Shown here: positions 1 through 9,056 of the stretch, one piece after another
Position numbering within the stretch: position 1 is the stretch's first letter
Layout: every line of letters starts with the position of its first letter
NCBI GenBank assembly: GCA_016180065.1
Contig: JACPBY010000006.1
Span: 3,233 to 67,232, forward strand
Length of the DNA stretch: 64,000 bases
Direction: 5' to 3'
Source: Candidatus Woesearchaeota archaeon
Lineage (GTDB): Archaea; Nanobdellota; Nanobdellia; Woesearchaeales; UBA10216
Notes under the pieces: generated by a model
Told to the model about the DNA's origin: nothing
The model's database searches: none
What the model saw: the letters and a program-made list of their open reading frames with translations, nothing else
Made by a program: the position numbers and the translations under genes

Positions 1-422
1 ATGCCGCACGAAACATTTGTGTTGCAAACTACAAAAAGGTGCGGCAGTGCTGGGTGTTCAGCACAGACAATGAGAGATTTAACTGCGCCAAAAGCACGTT
101 TAGCCTTGCCGGGACAGAAGCCGGCCAGAAGGCGCAGTGCGAAGCCCTGATGGACTCTGAAAAAGCCATTTGCATGCAGCAGCTGAAAGGCAAGGTTGAC
201 CTGATGGCAAAGTTCAGAATCTACAACCTTGAAGAAAAGGCGCAGCAGCTTATGGGCAAGGGAGTTAACAGCGAGCTCGTAGCTGACTTTGTAGTGCTGA
301 TGGAACAGAAAAAGCAGGAATACAACGCTGCAAATACAATAACTGGAAAAAAAAGGATAATAAAAGAAATCCAAAGGCTGTGGCAGTCTTTTACAACAAA
401 GGCAAAGAGGCAGGCAAGGTGA
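1..422 (+). CDS. 3' part of a Cys-containing hypothetical protein (probably secreted); the frame is open to the window edge
   Basis: Frame 3 has no stop from nt 3 to the TGA at 420-422. The listed ORF 39..422 begins at an internal GTG. No domain recognised. Confidence 0.4.
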   Translation, partial: AARNICVANYKKVRQCWVFSTDNERFNCAKSTFSLAGTEAGQKAQCEALMDSEKAICMQQLKGKVDLMAKFRIYNLEEKAQQLMGKGVNSELVADFVVLMEQKKQEYNAANTITGKKRIIKEIQRLWQSFTTKAKRQAR

Positions 423-670
423 CAACAAAGAACGGGACAGCAATTGCTGTAATCGCGGCAGCTGTTATTACCCTCTTAATCATCAGTGGATGCACAAGCC
501 AGCAACCGCAAGCACCCCAAGACCTGCAGACGGCAAGCAAGCTGCAGGAAGCAGCAGCACCTTTGCCAGCGCCAACAGAGCAACAACAGCCAGTGCCGCC
601 AGCAGCCGAAGACGACCTTTACAAGGACAACCTTGGCCAGTCATTGGATGAGCTGAGCCAGCTGGAATAA
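380..670 (+). CDS. small putative lipoprotein
   Basis: A hydrophobic segment AIAVIAAAVITLLIISGC ends in a lipobox-like L-I-S-G-C, followed by a Q/P/A-rich tail. The start codon is uncertain (a GTG near 419 is possible). Confidence 0.45.
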   Translation: MAVFYNKGKEAGKVTTKNGTAIAVIAAAVITLLIISGCTSQQPQAPQDLQTASKLQEAAAPLPAPTEQQQPVPPAAEDDLYKDNLGQSLDELSQLE

Positions 671-682
671 AATTCTGCCATA

Positions 683-928
683 TCAGAACGGGTAGCCAAA
701 GCCAACAATGGCCAGGACTGCGTGCAGGAACACGGACAGCAGGAAAAAGCGCCAGTACCAGCAGTGATGCCTGTAGAATGCCATGAACCATTTCTGCCTT
801 TGGAGGAACTGAGGCCTCCAGCCAAGTATGCAGCGGCAGCTGAAAAGGACAAGAAGCATGCCAATAATGTTTGTGATGCCCAGCATGAATGCCAGCCTGG
901 CAGCAAGGAAAGGGTCTATGAGAGCCAT
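683..928 (-). CDS. small hypothetical membrane protein (about 2 TM helices)
   Basis: The 81-aa translation is strongly hydrophobic and helix-like. Overlapping ORFs in other frames look like low-complexity shadows. Confidence 0.45.
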   Translation of the reverse strand: MALIDPFLAARLAFMLGITNIIGMLLVLFSCRCILGWRPQFLQRQKWFMAFYRHHCWYWRFFLLSVFLHAVLAIVGFGYPF

Positions 929-1020
929 AAGCTATAGCTTCTGGCCAGGCAGCTTTATAAATTTAGTGGGTGAAGGGCGGCGTTAAAGTTCTCTTTGCGG
1001 CTTCAGCCACAGCCACTAGA

Positions 1021-1028
1021 TTTATATA
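1021..1028 (+). promoter_or_regulatory. TATA-like box (TTTATATA) upstream of the 1060 gene
   Basis: A/T box 32 nt upstream of the ATG at 1060. Confidence 0.3.
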
Positions 1029-1059
1029 CCGCTGCCGCTACTAGCGTTGCGAAAGAAAA

Positions 1060-1596
1060 ATGAGGCTGTCAAGGCTTTTGCCACACTCGCTAGTAAAAGA
1101 CTTCGTAAGCCTCACTTATCAGGATGCTGTAAAGAGAAGGCTTGTTACCCCGTTCATTGTTTTTATTTCATTCCTCAGCGCATTTATAGTTACGCGCTTA
1201 TTCAGCTACTCTCTCCCGTCTGTAAACTTCGTAAGCCTCCTGATAGGCAAATACCTCAGGGGGTATTATATCCACCACTTCTACTTCGGCATTGCCCTTC
1301 TTATAGCCTCGAACTGGCTCTCCATTGTGACAAACAGGCAGGGGCCAAAAAACCTTGCGGCAGTGCTCTTTGGCTTTGGGCTGGGGGGCATAGTTGATGA
1401 GATTGGGCTGCTGCTGACCTGCACCTCACCGCAACTGCTCCAATGCAACTATGGAGCAAGAATAACTCTGGACTTCTTCATAATCATTGTCGGAGCTTTC
1501 CTTGCAGTGCTGTACTTCATGCCAGTATGGAGAAGGCTTAGGAGAATTGCCTCACACACCCATGGTGCCATTTACAACAGGATAAGAAGAAACTGA
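1060..1596 (+). CDS. hypothetical integral membrane protein
   Basis: 178 aa with several hydrophobic helices (FIVFISFLSAFIV, FGIALLIASNWL, LFGFGLGGIV, FFIIIVGAFLAVLYF). No family recognised. Confidence 0.65.
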   Translation: MRLSRLLPHSLVKDFVSLTYQDAVKRRLVTPFIVFISFLSAFIVTRLFSYSLPSVNFVSLLIGKYLRGYYIHHFYFGIALLIASNWLSIVTNRQGPKNLAAVLFGFGLGGIVDEIGLLLTCTSPQLLQCNYGARITLDFFIIIVGAFLAVLYFMPVWRRLRRIASHTHGAIYNRIRRN

Positions 1597-1700
1597 GCAG
1601 GCAATCAGGCAAGCCCGCCATTATTCTTTTTGGAATAATTTTGTCACGATTGTTTATAAATTGGAATACTGGCTTTCGGAAGAAACACATATCCACGGAA

Positions 1701-1835
1701 TCAACAACCTAACCACAGCAAGCTGCGGGGTATGTAATTCGTTGGGTTCAGGAGAACCAGCAGGTTCTCCGTGCTCAGAACCGCTGCGGTTCTGACAGTT
1801 GGTTCTTCACAAATCGGGATGCGCCCATTGAAGAA
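1701..1835 (+). repeat. structured repeat family, copy 1 (full length, with the 49-nt double-hairpin module at 1749..1797)
   Basis: Near-identical to 26710..26839 and 46319..46416, and to 42949..43060 in reverse complement. Begins TCAACAACC, ends CATTGAAGAA. Confidence 0.85.
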
Positions 1836-1878
1836 ATATACGGTACGAAAAGAAAAATAACAGGAGGTGTATATAAAA

Positions 1879-3057
1879 ATGGCAAAAGTAACATATGTAA
1901 CTTCGGAATCAGTCACGGAAGGTCACCCCGACAAAATTTGCGACCAGATTTCTGATGCCATTCTGGACAGCCTCCTTGCTCAGGACCCATACTCAAGGGT
2001 TGCGGTTGAGTGCATGACAACAACAGGCTCCATAATGGTTGCAGGGGAAGTCACAACCCACGGCTTTGCAGACGTCCAGTCAATAGCAAGGAGGAAGCTG
2101 AGAGAGATAGGCTACACAGACCCCAGGTTCGGGATAGACTGCGAGGACGCAGGCGTATGGGTCTCAATCCACGGCCAGAGCCCTGACATTTCACAAGGAG
2201 TCAGCAAGGAAGGAGCCGGAGACCAGGGAATGATGTACGGCTATGCGACAACAGAGACTCCTGAACTAATGCCACTGCCCATCATGCTTGCACACAGGCT
2301 CACGAGAAGGCTTGCTGAGGTCAGGAAGACAGGACTGATAGACCACATAGGGCCTGACGGAAAGTCGCAGACAAGCGTTGAGTACCATGATGGTGTGCCG
2401 AAAAGGCTCACTGCAGTGGTCATAGCAGCGCAGCACACTGACGACATAGAGGAGGATGGCCTGAAGCAGGAAATAATTGAGAATGTCATAAAGCCAGTCT
2501 GCGGAAAATACCTTGACAGCAACACAAAGATACACATAAACGCAACAGGAAAGTTCGTTATCGGCGGCCCTGAAGGAGATACAGGGGTAACCGGCAGGAA
2601 GATTATAGTTGATACATATGGAGGCGTTGGAAGGCATGGAGGGGGGGCTTTTTCCGGAAAAGACCCCACTAAAGTTGACAGGTCAGGGGCTTACGCTGCA
2701 AGATGGGTTGCAAAGAACATAGTGGCAGCCGGATTGGCTGAAAGGTGCGAGGTCCAGCTCAGCTACTGCATAGGGATTGCAGAGCCGACATCAGTCAACG
2801 TGGACTGCTTTGGGACCAACAAGGTTGAGGAGGAGAAGATAATCGCGGCGGTGAGGAAACACTTCAAACTAACGCCAAAGTGGATAATTGACACATTGCA
2901 GCTGAGAAGGCCAATCTACCAGAAGGCGGCAGCATACGGCCATTTCGGCAGGGACGACCCTGACTTCACTTGGGAAAAGACTGACAGGGCAGAAGCACTA
3001 CGCAAGGAATGCGGACTGGCAGCTAAGCAAATGGTTGCTGCTGTTGCTGATGATTAA
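1879..3057 (+). CDS. metK: S-adenosylmethionine synthetase, bacterial/eukaryal MetK type
   Basis: Contains [59 protein letters not shown] lies upstream of the ATG at 1879. The listed ORF starts at an upstream GTG (1867). Confidence 0.95.
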   Translation: MAKVTYVTSESVTEGHPDKICDQISDAILDSLLAQDPYSRVAVECMTTTGSIMVAGEVTTHGFADVQSIARRKLREIGYTDPRFGIDCEDAGVWVSIHGQSPDISQGVSKEGAGDQGMMYGYATTETPELMPLPIMLAHRLTRRLAEVRKTGLIDHIGPDGKSQTSVEYHDGVPKRLTAVVIAAQHTDDIEEDGLKQEIIENVIKPVCGKYLDSNTKIHINATGKFVIGGPEGDTGVTGRKIIVDTYGGVGRHGGGAFSGKDPTKVDRSGAYAARWVAKNIVAAGLAERCEVQLSYCIGIAEPTSVNVDCFGTNKVEEEKIIAAVRKHFKLTPKWIIDTLQLRRPIYQKAAAYGHFGRDDPDFTWEKTDRAEALRKECGLAAKQMVAAVADD

Positions 3058-3202
3058 AAAACGCTCGCAGGGTTGATAAGGGCGGGAGCAAAGCGACTGC
3101 CCTTATTGCTGAGGAAAGAGTGCGGGCTGGCCGACAGGAAAGCAGCACCTCTTGCAGGGACCGGGGACTAAAGGCATATTTAGGAATACAGATACACAAA
3201 GC

Positions 3203-3214
3203 TTTTAAATAATA
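3203..3214 (+). promoter_or_regulatory. TATA-like box (TTTTAAATAATA)
   Basis: Lies about 20 nt upstream of the ATG at 3232. Confidence 0.35.
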
Positions 3215-3231
3215 TCCACTACGCAGTAGTT

Positions 3232-3996
3232 ATGGAGAACCAACCTGTTCGTGCAGTAATTGTTGACTGCGTAAACGTGTGCCTTGAAGACGGGCAGAGA
3301 AAAGCGCTGCCAATCCTGGAGAAGCTTGTCGGGGTTAATGCTGACGCCCTGGAAGCGGCATTGGGCGGCGACCTCAGAAAGGCATACACCACCGGCAGAT
3401 TGACCTCGGAAGAGTACTGGACGGCGGCCATAGGGGACATATTAAGACGCCCGCCTATTGATGTTCTTGAAAGTGTTGCAGCCTTAAGGGGTGTAAAGAG
3501 AGAAAGCCTTACTGGCTTGGGCTGTCTTGAAGCGGTAATCAATGAGCAATACACGCCAATCAGGGAAGTGCTAGAAGTGCTCATAAAGCTGCAGAAAGCA
3601 GGCTACATGCTTGGAATGATTTCAAACACATCCACTGAGAGGGCTAATTACTGGCAAGCCCATTTCCCGGAAATCTTCAAACTGTTTGGGCCCTATAAGC
3701 TGTTCTCATCAATGCCGCCCCAGGTCAGGAAACCGGAGGGGCAAAAAGCGCTATTTGGAGTTATGGCAGCATACATGGGCTTACCGCCCAACAAGATGCT
3801 TTACGTTGATGACAAGCTGCAGAATGTTGAGGCAGCAATTGATGATGCCGGCGTTGCAAGGGGCGTTCTCCTATCAACAGGCCCGCAACTGCTGCAAAGC
3901 GAGCGAGAGGATGAGCGGGGCAACCCAGAGATTATTGTGGCTACTTACGGCACATTTGAGAAAGCGCTAAGAGACGACTGCGGGCTCAGGTTCTAG
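3232..3996 (+). CDS. HAD-superfamily hydrolase-like protein
   Basis: HAD-like motifs: VIVDCVNV (motif I, second Asp replaced), ISNTS (II), RKPE (III), YVDDKLQN (IV). Confidence 0.65.
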   Translation: MENQPVRAVIVDCVNVCLEDGQRKALPILEKLVGVNADALEAALGGDLRKAYTTGRLTSEEYWTAAIGDILRRPPIDVLESVAALRGVKRESLTGLGCLEAVINEQYTPIREVLEVLIKLQKAGYMLGMISNTSTERANYWQAHFPEIFKLFGPYKLFSSMPPQVRKPEGQKALFGVMAAYMGLPPNKMLYVDDKLQNVEAAIDDAGVARGVLLSTGPQLLQSEREDERGNPEIIVATYGTFEKALRDDCGLRF

Positions 3997-4109
3997 ACAG
4001 ACGAAGCAATATTTATAAATAGGAAAAAAACCCCTCTCCAATTCTTATTAAGGGGGTGCACAGATTAGCAGCCTGTTTTATCTGCCAATAAGGGGAATAG
4101 AAAACAACT

Positions 4110-6347
4110 ATGCCATCGACACAGGGATTATTACCGGGATTTGAAGAAACAGCACATTCCGATTCTGGTAAAGGCCCCAGTGGTTCCGGTGATGAAATGC
4201 CTGATTACGCTGGAAAAAGAAATGCTACCCTTGAAGATTTTGTAAACATAGAACATGAAAGCAGGTATGTTATAGTTGTGCTGGGCAGGAAACAGGAAGT
4301 GATGCAGCGGGTAGCCAACCAGCTACAACACCTTGCTGGAAACGGCCATTTGGCAGAAGCAATACAAGGATATAAAGCTCCCACCAAAGTTCTAGTCGCT
4401 GCAGATATTGTCCACGCCCTCCAGCTTTGGCAAGGGCACGGCTATCACCAGGTTTCAACGATTTTTGTGCATCCTGATGAAGAATCAGGGGAGCCGCTTT
4501 TAAGCATACATAACTTCAAGGACCATTATGGGGTCACCGCAATTAACAGGGAAAGGGTTCTGACAGAAGCCGGCGCTGTGGACGAGGCAGCGGTTGCCAA
4601 ACAGCTCACCACAAGCCTTGAACACCACCTTAGCGTAATTGGACAGGTAAGGAAGTCTCATGGCAGCACTGAAGATGTGCAGCCTTCCGGCCTGTTAACG
4701 CCTGAAGGGGTAAAAAAATATGACAGGGAGCTGGAACAAATAATCTCAGCACGGGCACCGCCAGCAATCAGGGATGCATGGGCTGACAGAAGGGCAGAAG
4801 AAGTCATAAATACCAAAAGAGTGCAAAGAGCCCCGCAAGCCCAAAGGCAAATGCCTTCTAGTGTGCCGACAGCAGATGAAGCTTTGAAAGCTGTAAATGC
4901 AATAACACAAGCCAGGTTTGTGCCAATACGCGAAGCAGATTACGGGAGAACGACCGGCCCAGATGACAGCCGAAGGGCAAGTCCAGAACTGGGACGGCAT
5001 CTTGAGACAATACTGGCTTGTGCAGCCCAGAGCCAACTTGCAGGAATGACTCACTTGACACATCACGCAACCAGAGGCATAATAGGGCTGTTCGCGCCAG
5101 GCATGCCTGCAAGCGACCCTGAAACAAATTTCCGTTTTGTCAAGCCTTACAAGTCAGAAGCTGAAGTCGAGGCCCTGTTCAGGGACTATAAGCGCTTAAG
5201 GGACAGGGGGCTAGTTGTCTTGCACGAGCCATTGGCATACCACCGGCTCGGGGAAACAGGGGAATTTGCGGTTGTGTCAAGTTCTGCTCTGCTTGCCATA
5301 TCCGCCAAGGTCGCTGAACAAACCAGGCTGCTCGGCGCTCAGCTGAAGCAGCCATCAATTGAAGAAGGCTATTTAGATGCCCTGATGAAAGTCGACCTTG
5401 AGTTCCTCATCAGATACAAGAGAATCGCTGAGATGCCAATTACCGAAGCAGACATGGTGCTTGCACTGCACAAGTATACGGCCACTGAAAGAACCAGCGT
5501 GCAGGATTTGCAGCTGGCAACAGGCACCAGCCTGTCAGAACTGGAAGAGCGGGCTTTCCTCTCGTCACTTGGGATTTTCGACGACTTGTCCCTGTGGAAC
5601 CCCCAGCTTTTTGGGCCTATCATGGACAACAAAACATACAATAACGGGCACAGGATGGGAACTATTGAGCCAACACCTGAACTAGTGAAGGCTGTTTTGT
5701 TTGAAGGCGCCTTGAGGAGCGATGGCTCGCTTGATGGCGCTGCAGGCCAAAGCGCGTTGGAGAGAAACATGAAACGCACGTTCAGCATTTTAGAGTACGC
5801 AGCGCGCATGGGTGTTGTTTGGGAGGACTATTTCCACACAGAAAACTCTCCTGACCTGAACATTCCCCCGCAAAAAAAGCCAGGCCATCTCCTGAGCTTT
5901 ATGCACATGCTGATGCCAGACGCCACAGAGCAGGACAGCAAAGGGATATGGCCTGCTTACTTTGCAATGGAGTTTTTCAAAACCCTGCGCAAGATGCAGC
6001 GAACAGTGCACTATGCAATTACAACCGCCAGAACCGAGGAGGATTCTATTGAAAGGGCAAGCATACACAGAACATATATGAAAGAATACCAAGCTTATCG
6101 TGCCTGGCTGATGCAAACGGCTTTTGCAGCCACAACCATGCTTACAGATCATGTTGGAGACTCTTTTGCTAAGCAGCTGACTGTGCTGGGCCAGCTATAC
6201 GCGGAAAGAAGTCCGCATTTCCCAAATCACCCAGAGACTCTCCCGCAGATTCCAAGAGCCCTGTGCGGTGCGTATTTGGCATTACAACGGCTTATAGACG
6301 AACCGCCTAAACCCAGGCTCCTGAGAAGCCTTGATATCGTACGCTAA
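4110..6347 (+). CDS. large hypothetical protein (745 aa), no recognisable domain
   Basis: Long uninterrupted ORF with ordinary globular composition. No P-loop, nuclease or signal-peptide motif seen. Confidence 0.7.
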   Translation: MPSTQGLLPGFEETAHSDSGKGPSGSGDEMPDYAGKRNATLEDFVNIEHESRYVIVVLGRKQEVMQRVANQLQHLAGNGHLAEAIQGYKAPTKVLVAADIVHALQLWQGHGYHQVSTIFVHPDEESGEPLLSIHNFKDHYGVTAINRERVLTEAGAVDEAAVAKQLTTSLEHHLSVIGQVRKSHGSTEDVQPSGLLTPEGVKKYDRELEQIISARAPPAIRDAWADRRAEEVINTKRVQRAPQAQRQMPSSVPTADEALKAVNAITQARFVPIREADYGRTTGPDDSRRASPELGRHLETILACAAQSQLAGMTHLTHHATRGIIGLFAPGMPASDPETNFRFVKPYKSEAEVEALFRDYKRLRDRGLVVLHEPLAYHRLGETGEFAVVSSSALLAISAKVAEQTRLLGAQLKQPSIEEGYLDALMKVDLEFLIRYKRIAEMPITEADMVLALHKYTATERTSVQDLQLATGTSLSELEERAFLSSLGIFDDLSLWNPQLFGPIMDNKTYNNGHRMGTIEPTPELVKAVLFEGALRSDGSLDGAAGQSALERNMKRTFSILEYAARMGVVWEDYFHTENSPDLNIPPQKKPGHLLSFMHMLMPDATEQDSKGIWPAYFAMEFFKTLRKMQRTVHYAITTARTEEDSIERASIHRTYMKEYQAYRAWLMQTAFAATTMLTDHVGDSFAKQLTVLGQLYAERSPHFPNHPETLPQIPRALCGAYLALQRLIDEPPKPRLLRSLDIVR

Positions 6348-6394
6348 ACATTCCCAGCCAACTGGGAATGTTTGGGTTTAATTACTAAGAACTG

Positions 6395-7315
6395 CTACAG
6401 GGCAAGCACCAGATACGGCCCCACAAGGCAAAAAACCCTGTTGGTAACATCAATGGAATGATGTATGAGCCAGTAATCGGCGTAAGTCAGCTTTTTCTTA
6501 AACAGGTCATGTGCGCGGTCAATTATCTTATTGCGGTCGTTCTTTAAGGCAACAACCTTTCTTGCGTCAAACTTGTAAAATATTTCGTAATAAGACCTGA
6601 CCATCCGGCTTGAGGATGCAAACAAGTCAACAACCTCCTTGTTAAGCTTGACATTGGCAGAGTTCAGATTGGCAAAATGATGGCAGATGTACTTGAACTG
6701 GTCAGCAATGTGCTCCAGTTCCTCGACTATGTAATAAATTGGGCCCAGCTTGTTAAAATTGAAGGCACTATTCTTTTTATTTAAGGCTCGCCTGCAGATG
6801 ACAGTAAAGCGGTTATTCGCTTCTTCCAAAAACGCAACGTTCTTCAGGTGCGCATAGTTTCCCTCCTTAAAAGCCGAAACCGCATCTTCAGCCATGTTAA
6901 CCAGAAGCAGGAATATTCTTCGCAAAAGCGAATCAAACTCCTCAATAACGCCGGAAACATATTTAACTATGCAATAATTCTGCCCCTGCTCAAGAACCTC
7001 AAACCCTACCGCCTCCTTCGAAATTGCTTCCTGAACTACTGCTGCCATTGCAGGCTCATTAAAAGTTACTTTCAGCTCATCAACCCCTCTTTTGTAAAGA
7101 GAACGAATAGCCCGGGGGGTCATATCTGCCAAATCGCTGATGTTGATTTCAGCCTTCTCAACTGTTGGGGCATTGTTGACATGAATTACAACCTTGTCCC
7201 CATCCTCCTGCACGTCAAGCTCGGCACCTTTTTGCACATTATGGGCCTGGGCCCACTTTCTTGGCAGGGAAATAAGCTGCGTTGAGCCGGCAATCTGAAT
7301 TACTTTTCGCTTCAT
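6395..7315 (-). CDS. AbrB/SpoVT-domain plus PhoU-like phosphate uptake regulator homolog
   Basis: The N-terminus KVIQIAGSTQLISLPRKWAQAHNVQKGAELDV is an AbrB-type swapped hairpin. The C-terminal helical repeats are typical of archaeal PhoU-like proteins. A G-rich SD-like run lies upstream. Confidence 0.8.
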   Translation of the reverse strand: MKRKVIQIAGSTQLISLPRKWAQAHNVQKGAELDVQEDGDKVVIHVNNAPTVEKAEINISDLADMTPRAIRSLYKRGVDELKVTFNEPAMAAVVQEAISKEAVGFEVLEQGQNYCIVKYVSGVIEEFDSLLRRIFLLLVNMAEDAVSAFKEGNYAHLKNVAFLEEANNRFTVICRRALNKKNSAFNFNKLGPIYYIVEELEHIADQFKYICHHFANLNSANVKLNKEVVDLFASSSRMVRSYYEIFYKFDARKVVALKNDRNKIIDRAHDLFKKKLTYADYWLIHHSIDVTNRVFCLVGPYLVLAL

Positions 7316-7518
7316 TTATAAGACACCCCCCTGATTTTGATAAAGTTTATAAAAACAGGATTTAATCTGAGAAAAGACGGGCTTATTTAAAGTTTTCTGT
7401 TTTTATGAAAAACTTATACTTTTTATAAAATATAACCAAAAGCTATATAAGAATGGCCGACTACCCGCTTACAGTTCATGTAACGGTTTGAAGGGGGCAA
7501 AGGGGGTAAAAAGGGAAA

Positions 7519-7878
7519 ATGAAATCAAGGACAGCTTTCTCCTTAAAGGATGAATGCGTGCTGTGCGGGGATGCCATAACCAATCCCATATGCTTCACAT
7601 GCTTGGAGTCTGAAGTTGAAGACTGGCTTTCCGACAGGATGCCCGGCCTCCTGACAAGGCTCAGAAGAACAGGCAAGATGTTCGCTTCCTACACTCACCA
7701 GGGAACAAGGTGCATCTTATGCGGGGACAACATGAACGTCTGCTCCCACTGCTACTGCTACGAGGTCAACAGGCTTTTTGAAAACTACCCGAGGCTTGCG
7801 GAGGAGTTTGTTGATTTCTTTAACTTCGAGCTTCGGGGCAGCACCCAGTGCGCCAGGCCGGAGATGCCCTTGCAATAA
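7519..7878 (+). CDS. Cys-rich putative zinc-binding protein
   Basis: CVLCG..CFTC and CILCG..CSHCYC motifs, 119 aa. Confidence 0.55.
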   Translation: MKSRTAFSLKDECVLCGDAITNPICFTCLESEVEDWLSDRMPGLLTRLRRTGKMFASYTHQGTRCILCGDNMNVCSHCYCYEVNRLFENYPRLAEEFVDFFNFELRGSTQCARPEMPLQ

Positions 7879-7926
7879 AAAAGAAAGAAGAGGTGGTGAA
7901 GCCAAGGGAAGGAGAGGTGATGTGAG

Positions 7927-8073
7927 ATGAAGAAGATAATATGGCACACGGGAGTAGGAGAGGACAGCCTTGAGGTGATGGCAGCAGAGGTTGGAGAGCT
8001 TGAAAATGACGAGTTGTCGGCTGGAGAAGCCGGCTTTATGCAGGGTTATGAAGATGCGGAAGAGTACGAATAG
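7927..8073 (+). CDS. possible small acidic protein (48 aa), below the ORF-track cutoff
   Basis: Reads ATG..TAG and encodes MKKIIWHTGVGEDSLEVMAAEVGELENDELSAGEAGFMQGYEDAEEYE. Overlaps the convergent ROK kinase 3' end by 28 nt. Confidence 0.2.
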   Translation: MKKIIWHTGVGEDSLEVMAAEVGELENDELSAGEAGFMQGYEDAEEYE

Positions 8074-9056
8074 CAGTTCTTAATGGCCAGTGCAGCAGCG
8101 CCAAAGACGCCAGCAGAGTCTCCAAGCCTGTTTTTCACTATTTTTACGTTTTTGGCAAGGGCAGGGTTAGCGTGTTTTTTTGCAGCCATCCCAATGTTGC
8201 GGTAAAACTCCCTGGGCAGGTTGCTGACGCCGCCGCCAAGGACAATAATGTCCGGGTTGAAGGCACTGATTATGCTGGCAAAGCCAATGCCGAATTTTTC
8301 GTACGTTTCTTTCATAACTTTCTTTGCAACCGCTTCTTTTGAATGGAATATTTTTTCAGGGCCAGGCTCTTCTATCCTGCCTCCTGCTGCCATGTAGCGC
8401 TGAGCAATATACCTGCCTGAGCACCACGACTCAAAATGCCCTTTACTGCCGCAGCCGCATTTTGGGCCGGAAGGGTCTATAGTCATATGGCCAATGTGGC
8501 CAGCCCCGCCATCACGGCCACGGTATACCCTGCCTTCAAGCACCAGCCCGCCACCAATGCCTGTGCCCACAATTACACCAACAACATTCCTGAATCCCCT
8601 GGCTGCCCCGAACATCGATTCTGCAAGGGCAAAGCAGATGCTGTCATTCTCTATAAATAAAGGAGCGGCTATCTCCCACTCCAGCAGCTGCCGCGATAAA
8701 ACATCCCTGAACCTCACACCCATCAAACAGGGAATATTTGGAACCATCTCAAGCCTGCCGCCCTTAAGAAAGCCGGCAGTGCCGATGCCAATCCCTGACA
8801 GCCGAAAACCAGCGATGCTTTCCCTGCCGTAGCCGTAAAGCGAAGCAATTACAGCTGCAATGTTACAGATAACTGCCTTTCTTCCTGCTGCCGCATCCGT
8901 GGGCATCCTGACTTTTTTAACCACTTTTGGCATGGAAGAACCGGCTGCCGCCCTGGCAAGGATGCCTTCAATCTTTGTTCCACCAATATCCAAGCCAATT
9001 ACGTAAGCAAAACGCATTAACGCATCACCACTGCTGCCGCTACGCTTTCCCTTCAC
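8046..9056 (-). CDS. ROK-family sugar kinase (glucokinase-like)
   Basis: Contains LDIGGTKIEG, VIVGTGIGGG and the ROK zinc motif GHMTIDPSGPKCGCGSKGHFESWCSG. An alternative start is MRFAYV at 9017. Confidence 0.85.
   Translation of the reverse strand: MKGKRSGSSGDALMRFAYVIGLDIGGTKIEGILARAAAGSSMPKVVKKVRMPTDAAAGRKAVICNIAAVIASLYGYGRESIAGFRLSGIGIGTAGFLKGGRLEMVPNIPCLMGVRFRDVLSRQLLEWEIAAPLFIENDSICFALAESMFGAARGFRNVVGVIVGTGIGGGLVLEGRVYRGRDGGAGHIGHMTIDPSGPKCGCGSKGHFESWCSGRYIAQRYMAAGGRIEEPGPEKIFHSKEAVAKKVMKETYEKFGIGFASIISAFNPDIIVLGGGVSNLPREFYRNIGMAAKKHANPALAKNVKIVKNRLGDSAGVFGAAALAIKNCYSYSSASS

Noticed and set aside
1749-1797. The 49-nt module considered as an archaeal bulge-helix-bulge intron of an ncRNA.
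   Set aside because: The insertion junctions are unambiguous (GGGTT|CAGG and CTGACA|GTTGG). The only 4-bp pairing across them (TCAG/CTGA) places the 5' junction inside the helix rather than in a 3-nt bulge, so no canonical or relaxed BHB can be drawn.
1701-1866. A structured element directly upstream of metK in the sense orientation, considered as a SAM riboswitch.
   Set aside because: The same sequence occurs at three other loci unrelated to SAM or methionine, two of them antisense to gene ends. It also shows none of the SAM-I/II/III/IV/V/VI core motifs I know.
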